Position numbers and translations under genes: made by a program. A model generated the notes under the pieces. It searched no databases, was not told the origin of the DNA, and was given only the letters and a program-made list of their open reading frames with translations. Source: Tubiluchus corallicola (taxonomy: Eukaryota > Animalia > Priapulida). From it: a stretch of 64,000 bases of DNA. Position 1 is the stretch's first letter, and every line of letters starts with the position of its first letter. Positions 55,401 to 64,000 of the stretch are shown in pieces. The DNA lies in NCBI GenBank assembly GCA_030141605.1, contig JAQGDQ010000120.1, positions 62,001-126,000 of the forward strand, written 5' to 3'.

Positions 55401-56828
55401 CGTACCGCTTGGTGTAATTGTGTTGATTATCACTTTATAACTTTATAAGTGATTCCATTTTATTATTGTTATGGAAGACAGTGGTATTTGGGGTGTCAAG
55501 AAGTACAAATACAAGTTCGCCTGTCCTAATACTGACTTTTCTATAATTAAGGAGAGCTATATCCAACGTAGGTGGACCAGTGATTCGTGAAACGTTTATA
55601 ACTGTGCAGCGACTTTAAATAGCCAAAATAAATGTTATAATTTTAATTTCAGGTTGTGCGTTTAGATCAGGTCATGGAAGAAGTGGTGCCAATCAATGGC
55701 CGGGGAAATTTTCCAACTCTAGAGATAAAACTGAAGGAGCTGACCAGTGTAGTTCAGCAGAAGTTGAAGAAAGATGGCGTGCATGTGAAGGACATACGGC
55801 TGAATGGTGGAGCAGCCAATTATGTAGTAGCTGGTGAGGATCATCAAGCGTACAATGATTTGGACCTCATATTTGGTGTTGATCTGTCAAACCACAAAGA
55901 TTTGGAAAAAATCAAAACATGCGTTCTTGATTCTCTTCTAGACTTTCTTCCCACTGGTGTTTGTAAAGATAAGATTACTCGTTGTGCACTCAAAGAAGCT
56001 TACGTTAAGAAACTAGTGAAAGTTACACACCCAGAAGGAGATCTGTGGAGCTTGATATCTCTCAACAATAACCGTGGAAAGCACGTGGAACTGAAGTTTG
56101 TGGATAGCATCCGTCGGCAATTCGAGTTCAGCGTTGATTCTTTTCAGGTAGTGTTAGATTCCATTCTTGTATTTTACGACTTTGCACAGGTAGCAATGAG
56201 TGATAACTTTTATCCAACTGTGGTAGCGGAAAGTGTCTATGGGGAATTTAGCGATGCTCTCAGTCACCTCAAAAACAAATTAATTGCCACACGTAACCCT
56301 GAGGAAATCCGGGGTGGCGGTTTACTCAAATACTGTGCTTTGCTAACTAAAGGTTACAAACCGTCAGACAAAGAAGATATCAAGACATTGGAGCGTTATA
56401 TGTGCTCACGATTTTTCATTGACTTTACGGCCCTTTCTCAGCAAAAGGTGAAGCTTGATGCCTACCTGGCCAACCACTTCATAGGGGATGAACAGGACAA
56501 ATATGAATACCTGACAATACTGTACAAGGTTGTTGATAACAGTACAGTGTGTCTGATGGGACACGAGCGACGGCAGATACTATCGCTCATACATCATATG
56601 GCATGCAATATTCAATTTCAGCAACAGCAGCGAGCTTTCAACAAACACCAACAGATGGCACAGTTTGACATGCAGGTGCAAAACAACGGCAGTGCATTAC
56701 CTATGCTTGGTGCATACATGCAACCTCATGTAGCATATTATCCTTCTTATCAACCCTACTACTATTATCATCATAGTCAACATCATCATGGACAATCTAT
56801 GCCGTACCAACATCAGCCTGTCAATTGA
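52480..56828 (+). CDS. TENT5: Terminal nucleotidyltransferase 5 (FAM46 family non-canonical poly(A) polymerase), ~418 aa
   Basis: Exon 52480-52560 (MKAGADTS...[10 protein letters not shown]) spliced in phase 0 to 55653-56828 (VVRLDQVM...). Motifs [63 protein letters not shown]. Confidence 0.96.
54699..54872. mobile_element. Short palindromic MITE in the TENT5 intron
   Basis: Imperfect ~43-bp inverted arms GCGGCGTTTACCA...GCGTTATG(T/C)GTTA.TGCG. Confidence 0.7.
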
Positions 56829-58814
56829 CAGCAATGCTCATAATGTCACTGAACCAAATAATGGGGATCATGGAAATGCATTCCATTTTAATTGCTTGTT
56901 TTGTATAAATTCTGGGAAAATGGTATGTTACTGAGTCCAGCACAGAGATCTTTAGTGTGTGACTGTGGAAACTGGACAGTAATGAAATGCAAACTAGTAG
57001 CATGCAGCTCTCCACAACTGGAATTGGATTATAAACGAAATAGAATCTACTTAAGAACTCAAACGTGGAACTTCCATTTTGCACTTCCATTGGATTGAGG
57101 CCAGTGTCATAGTGCTACATTGCATTATAAGGTTATATTGTGTTGAAATTTTCCTCATAAAATTTCCAAATTATTTTTATATGGTTTATTGCAAAAAACG
57201 TGTTAGGTGATCACAACATAGTTTTCCTCATAAAATTGGAGTTAGCTACAACAAATTAGTGGAAAGTTTTGAAGCGACCTTGCCGCGGGCTAAGTTTATT
57301 TATAGATTTACAGCTCCTCTAATGAGAACTGGTCGTAACAGTGACAATGCCACAGTTACGAGTGACAGTTTTGTCATAAAATTTGTTTATTGCAATTTTG
57401 AGTTAAGCACTAGTAATTTTAGCTGTGTTGCTTTCTCCTTGGCAAAGGTCCTCGTGTTTAAAATGGGTGCTTGTTTGTTTGTTTTTTTGTGAAAATTCTG
57501 CCCAAATAATTTTATTCTACGTGTTCAAAACTATAGACTTTACTTAATTGTTTGCCTGTATAGCCTACATGTTTAAGCCAGGCGACATTGGTATTTCTTT
57601 GGTTTTGCTGCTGTTCTTTCTATTGTGTTTCGTGATACATATGTTTCTTATGTATGATTATAGCATGTGAGCTTACATACACATAGCAGTATGGTTGTTC
57701 TCGCATGATTAGGATTGACCTTAGAAAAGTGCAAAGTAAAGCCCTTACCTATAGTATAAGGTAAGCCTGAAAATACCTGACGAAGTTTTAAGCTAGCATA
57801 ACTATACGAAGATATATTAAATTTCATGGCAACTTGCTATAATAAACCAAAGACAGAGAAATACCAATGACGAAAAGCAATATATGAAAACCAAAGTAGA
57901 TTATAGTTACATTGTAATTGTATTAATATTAATAGGTCTAGGCTCTACCCTTGATTAAAAACTTGATTAGTTTTTTGTTACCTAGTGAAAGGAATGTTAG
58001 TCATGTAATTAGTCAACTATCTGCATCCAGTTATTGTATAAGAACACTAAGATGAGGGATTATTATTAACATACACTTATTATTGATAACCAAAAATATA
58101 GCCTATATAAAATTATGTTATGTATAGAGAGAGCTATAAGTAAAATTATAGTTTTTGTGTATTAAATATCGGGCCTTCTATGAATTAACAGCAAGTATGT
58201 AATCAAAACTTGTAAATAGTCGAAATCTAAAGATGAAGCTTTTTTAGCAGCCCAGTAAAAGATAACATGGAAAAAATGGTCTTCCTAGATGAATTTTATG
58301 CATGTATTATACAGAAATGGGCCAAGTGAAATGAAACTGTGTCGACTAGCCGTAATGTGCACGATAGTGTAATGACCGCAGTAATGACAAAATCGTGCGC
58401 TTATCCATTTATGACTTTTACAAATAAATTTACAGCTCATGTTGATTGGAAAATGGATCTCAAAAGTTACGATTCTTAATGAAGATTCTCTTTTTTATTT
58501 TATTAAATCATCACCCAGAAATTTAACTTTGTTGGTCTTCTCATCTTGTACTGGTACAAGATTTTTCATAGATGATGTTTAAGGGTTAACACTATTAAGC
58601 AGATTGACATGTCTGGTAATGCTGTCTAGCACCTGGTAGCGGCTGACCGCTTTCTTTAATTTCTTAGAGTGATGATTTGCTATGAAATCTGGTAGGAAAT
58701 GAATTATTAATCTATTCGCAATGAACACAGAAGATTGCATGATGCATGATAACCGAATCGATTAAAAACTAAGCTTGTTGTCAAGTCAACAAGTCAGTGT
58801 GGTTAAGTGTCCAA

Positions 58815-58930
58815 GAGAGGAAGCGAGAGAGAGAGAGGGGGGGGGAGAAAGAGCAAAGTGAGATTGAGAGAGAGATATAGTGAGAGAGAGAGAGAAGAGA
58901 AGAAAGAGCAGAGTGAGAGAGCAAGAGTAA

Positions 58931-58969
<39 letters not shown>

Positions 58970-59005
58970 AAAAGAGAAAAGAGAGAGGGGGCAGGGAAAG
59001 GGAAA
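58815..59005. repeat. (GA)n / purine-rich low-complexity tract
   Basis: Read directly. Confidence 0.9.
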
Positions 59006-62000
59006 GTTAGTCAATCCCCCAAAATGGGCTTTGATGGGCCCTTGTTCGTCTAGAATCTGCTATAACCCGAGGTGTTACTATTTTTTGCAGCGCCTGCTAA
59101 CGACTTTTAATGACCTTGCGTCACTGAAATCAGTCGCTTTAAACAGTATGTTAGCAGTAGGCTTACTGTACAAGCACAGTAACACAAAATCCGGTTAGCT
59201 TACCCAATTTTCCCCACTTATTAAGTTCTGAAATTTAGAATAAATATTACTGAAATTATTAATCGAATGTTTTTTTGAAAACTAACCCTTGACGGCGGAC
59301 AAATATTTGTTTAGAAATAAATTGTTATAAAGTTGACTTATATAAACATATTGTATTGTAAGTTAAAGTTTGTTTACAAGTACGTGTTTGACTTTGTGGA
59401 AATGGTTGGGGAACCATAAGATGTTTGTTGGGAAAACTGAAACTTTCACTTCAGATTGTAAGTGTAAATAATGCTGGTCGTAAGACAACTAGCGGGAATG
59501 TCACTTAATAACAACAATTAATATTTTAATTATTGAAAAGAGTTAATATTATGTGCATTAAATAGCGTAATTGGCTGCATTTATCAGCATTATTAAGTGC
59601 TTAGAATATGGACAACCCATTTTCTGTAAACGATATTTGTTAATATAGATACGTTTAAATCAAAGTTCAAGAAGCGTATAGCAAATTCGATCTTCCATTT
59701 GTTTTGTCACGTTTCGGGGTGATAATGGACAAGTAATGAATTTTGAGGGCGATTTAGTAAGACTGATCAGATGGACGATCTGATTTCGTTTACTAAACAT
59801 GTAAAATATGGTTCGAATTTCTGGTTACATTGAGCAATGAGCAATCTACAGAGAAGCCAAAGAAAGCACTTGCCTTCCTTGGAAATTACGATATATTTGA
59901 ATATTTGGCTGGATGTAAAGCTCTGATAAAAATATTTTACTCTACGTTCCAGCGAGCCAAAAAAGCAAAATAGTGAAAGACATTGGCTAGGCGATAATTT
60001 TTAAACGCTGCTTAGACTATCAGAGGCGCCTGCACAGCAGTTGTTTGTCGCCCCTTGAGATCTCGACGTTCAATTCATCGTTAAAAATTACTCTTACACT
60101 AGCTTTAATGCGAATATTTTGCAAATAATTTTAGTTGTAATTTCCATTTCAGCTATGTTAGTACTAATAGTGTAGCTGTTTCTATTAACAATATAACGTA
60201 AATACGGAAAACAGTAATAATACAGATGAACTTACTTATTTCGTAAAACTGCTGTAATTATTTAGTTAGTTTAAAATCTTAAGTATGTAGTATTGGTGTT
60301 ATAATGCGCATAAACCTTTGAATCTCTAAGTTGCGGCGTCCCTTTCATGTCACTATGTAAATAGATCAATGCAGAAAAATAAACGCTGCCTAGTGTGCTC
60401 TCATTAAATTAATTACTAGTGGAAGGTTAAATGTTCCAATTTGACACTTCATCGCATTGTATTGAGATTGTCTTTTGTGTAACTACCTTGACAAGTTGGC
60501 AATGATTGTAACACGTACAGCAGGTTGCTCATTGGCACTGACTGCTTTAGTATTTTACGAAATGTAGAGTGAAATATTGAATTGATGCAATTATGCAATT
60601 TTTTCTGTAGGCATTCCTTTTTAATTAATGTCTATTACGATCGAGGCCATTATGCCATAAGATCATGAGAATGTGAAAATAAAGAAGTATTTATTTTTCA
60701 AAACACAATACCGCAAGTTAGTTTTATTACGTGTTCGTGAACAACCCTCATAGGTCATTGTCACTGGAATTATTTCATCGTATTCTGATCGGTTGATGGC
60801 AACCCAATCTCTGTTTACTATTATTATTTATTTTAAATTTATTTCACAAATTTAAAATATGCCATTTGAACCTCATTGAAGCTTAAACGGCTTAAACATA
60901 AACCACTTAATTTCAACTGCAAGAAGATTCGATAGCAAATAAACAAAATAGATAAACAAATAAATCAGTCTTGTGCAAAGACTGCATGTTCTAGGCCGTT
61001 TATTTTGATATCATCACGCACTTGACCATTTCCTGTTTGAAAACGTTAGACAGGAAATAAAAGAAAAAAGTCCCCATCATAAATACAGAACACAGTTATG
61101 ATTCAACCAGAAAAACCAATTAAAATAAAAAAAGTTGTAAAAATTACGTATTCATATAATAAGTTATAACAAAACCTAGAGATCATTTTAGTATCCAGTT
61201 CAGAAAACAGCTTATGCGAAAAAAAACGTATTGAAACACTATTTGTGTCGCTATACGCTAAGCGGTTCGCAAAGTCTAGCCACATTTTGTGCAAAAAACT
61301 GTTCAACCCGTTAACGCTGCAAGGCATCAGCAGTAGTAACAACAGCATCAATATTTATTGCCAAGGCAGCTGATATGCAGTTCACGTTGTTGTCTGTTAT
61401 CGTTGTTGTTGTTGTTACTGCTAATCACAATACTTTGAATTTTACGTTTTTCAAGGCTTTCGTAACAAATGATCTCTGACCCGTAAAGTATATTTTAATG
61501 AAATTAAACAGTATTTCAGTATGCATAAATTTAATGAAAACGCTGCGACCATGGTTCAAAATCCACATTAAAGTGCAAAGACACAGCCACTGTGTGAGAA
61601 AAAACTGAAATACAAACAAGCACCAGGAGGATAACGTTATCAGAGAGGTTAAATATGAAAGGTCACCAAAGGTAATACTCTAGATTCTCGAATATGCGCA
61701 GCAGCGCAGAAGGGCAAAACTAAAGAGTACAGCAAAGGGCAAAACTGCAGCCTTGAAACGACAATACTATGCTTGATTGACCCTCAGGAAGATACATGCA
61801 CGCGCGCGCACACATACATTACAAAACATTACAACATTAATTATCTGTGGTCAAGGACATCCACTTAAAATTTTTATATTTGTAATACACACGTTAGTGA
61901 ACACACACAAGAATAAATACGCTAAATGAACACCAGAAAAATGTCGTTGACCCCATATATCCTGGTACAGATTAAAGGTCACTGCAAGGTCATTCTCGAC

Positions 62001-63236
62001 AATGTAAATATTCAAACAGCAAAATTTAAACGGCACAGTGCAGCAGTAAATCGGTAGGCTCATTTTATTGATTACAAAAGTGACTATTGAAATTCACAAA
62101 AAATTGGAGAATTGTGGTTTCCAAGTTAAAGAAACACAGTGCTATGTATGTCACAGGCCGACTGTGTATTTTGGTTTATTGTTAAATATTAATAAATATC
62201 TTGCTGATTATGATTATGTTTTCAGTTTTAGGTGATTCTTCGTACATTTTTACGTGATAGTTTATTGCCACCGACTAACAGCCGTTTACTAGCATAACGA
62301 TCCGAAACAAAATCTATTTACACACTATTTTGTTACACACAATAGAATAGAAAGTGCGTGTTTCCCATATTGCACGGATAACAATTTTGCAATGCCTTCT
62401 CACTTCAAGCTCATCCGAATTCACACAATAATTATTATTACAGCCATTTTCTAGGAAAATTAAATGGCTGACAGTTGACACTGCAGCAAAAGGTTGGAAG
62501 TCAATCAAGTTATCCTATTACATACTATTCCTAGAACAGATTCAAGAGAAACTTGACGAAATTAAGTACAGGTTGTTGTATAGGTAACACTACACCAACA
62601 GAATAGTGAGGAGCAGACAAAATAGACATAATAATAGTTAAGAGCAGAATTAAGAATAGTGTTACAAAAACATTAAACTGATACTTCGTCCTTTCAACTT
62701 AACTGATTTATTTGCAGCCCTTGAATTTGATGACAGCCAAAATTATTACAAGAACAAGACACAAGTTTACGAAATGCCTGAATTAATTACAATGAAGAAA
62801 ATAAATTACTCATACTGCATATTACACATATGAGGCATCTACCACAAGACATGTTTCTGTGGGTCTGCACTGCTTCAGAAGTCTTCAGATATTTTCAAGT
62901 GTCTGAAGTGGCCTACTACTTTCAAATGACTTCAGACGTATTCAAACTACATACTCAGACAGTACCTCCTTGTTGTTGACATAAACACTTGGCAAACCAA
63001 CAGGTAAGTCAACACCTTAAAGACGTTACTTGAAAACACTCTAATTTAATTATCACTTTGAAACCATATAAAGCTGCGTGAATTTGCATAAGCCTGTCTG
63101 AAAGTACAAGATCTGAAAACAGAGGTAGTCTAAACCTGCACAAAACTAAAGACTTCTGGATAAGTAAGCGCCATATGTGCCCATTTTTCTGTTTGCCAAA
63201 ATATGTTATTGCCTTCACTGATCTTGACTGAATCTG

Positions 63237-63343
63237 GGCCCGGTTTCACAAAGCCGTCAGTAAGTTAACGACGTCGTTATTACATTCACTTAACAATTAA
63301 TAGCGACGTCATTAAATTAGTGATGGCTTTGTGAAACTGGGCC
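63237..63343. mobile_element. 107-bp palindromic MITE, PIF/Harbinger-like, CTG target duplication
   Basis: GGCCCGGTTTCACAAAGCC...GGCTTTGTGAAACTGGGCC, almost fully self-complementary, flanked by CTG on both sides. Confidence 0.8.
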
Positions 63344-64000
63344 CTGGTTTATTTTGTGGCTTTGAGTGCAGCAGATATTTGTAGAAAGCTTTATAATCAC
63401 CAAGATGGATAAAAAATCTTTACTGCAGTTATTTTTACTACAAAACATAACTGATGGCTGCAGGCTAGTGATCACAGGTAATTCCGAATGTCTGGGTCCC
63501 AGACTAAACAAAAGTTACTTGCCTACATTTTTCCTTCAATAGATTCAATAGGCTGAAGGCTTCTTGTGGAAGTTTTTCCATTAGCTGGCAATTCTTTTAA
63601 TAGAGAAAGACTTCTTCACATCAACACTGGAACACAATTTGTAGAGACTACTTTTGATTCGCCATATTGCTAGAGCTGCACTAACATTCGGCCTTTCACA
63701 ATAAGGTAGGAGTTTATTGAAGTGATCAGTCTCTTTGCTCTGTGTTGAACTCTACTTAACACATTAATGTCTTTACAAAATTTGGACTCCACACCACAAA
63801 ACTATATTTCCGAAGTTCCATACTTGTGACTTTAGACTAGCAGAATGTCACCAGTTTGACAGACTCACAGGTAAAACTTCTTTGAATAGTTCTAAATACT
63901 GAATTTGCTTGTTTGACTTAAGCAGTATTTGTTCTGCTAGCTTAACATCTTCAAAGCCTCAGCAAATTAAATTAAAGTAAATAATTTTAGGAAAGCAAAT

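Noticed and set aside
58781-59198. ORFs with SLSLSL / RERERE
   Set aside because: Artefacts of the (GA)n tract.
57000-64000. Possible further gene downstream of TENT5 (isolated donor-like CAG|GTAAGT at ~63003)
   Set aside because: No spliceable coding exons or recognisable peptide found.

Overview
AT-rich, intron-rich invertebrate (metazoan) nuclear DNA. Host genes, read by hand-splicing: the 3' part of huntingtin (HTT, + strand, 19 exons, 617-28314, including a U12-type intron), a convergent NOP14 with an intronless CDS (- strand), a divergent GDAP2 (+, 12 coding exons) and TENT5/FAM46 (+, 2 coding exons). The standout is a ~14.2 kb insertion (10981-25144) in one HTT intron. It lies between two (TA)n tracts and has degenerate inverted ends. 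It carries its own putative promoter and a 9-exon, apparently intact ~993-aa gene. That gene fuses two filamin-type Ig repeats (barely visible in the ORF track) to Zn-finger-like motifs, a Crypton-type tyrosine recombinase and a C-terminal Myb/homeodomain-like helix bundle. It looks like a microsatellite-targeting Crypton (CryptonV-like) element that captured spliced host filamin exons. Several MITEs (pogo/Tc1, hAT, Harbinger-like, Helentron-like) are also present, two of them nested in the element's introns. All homology calls come from remembered motif similarity; no searches were run.
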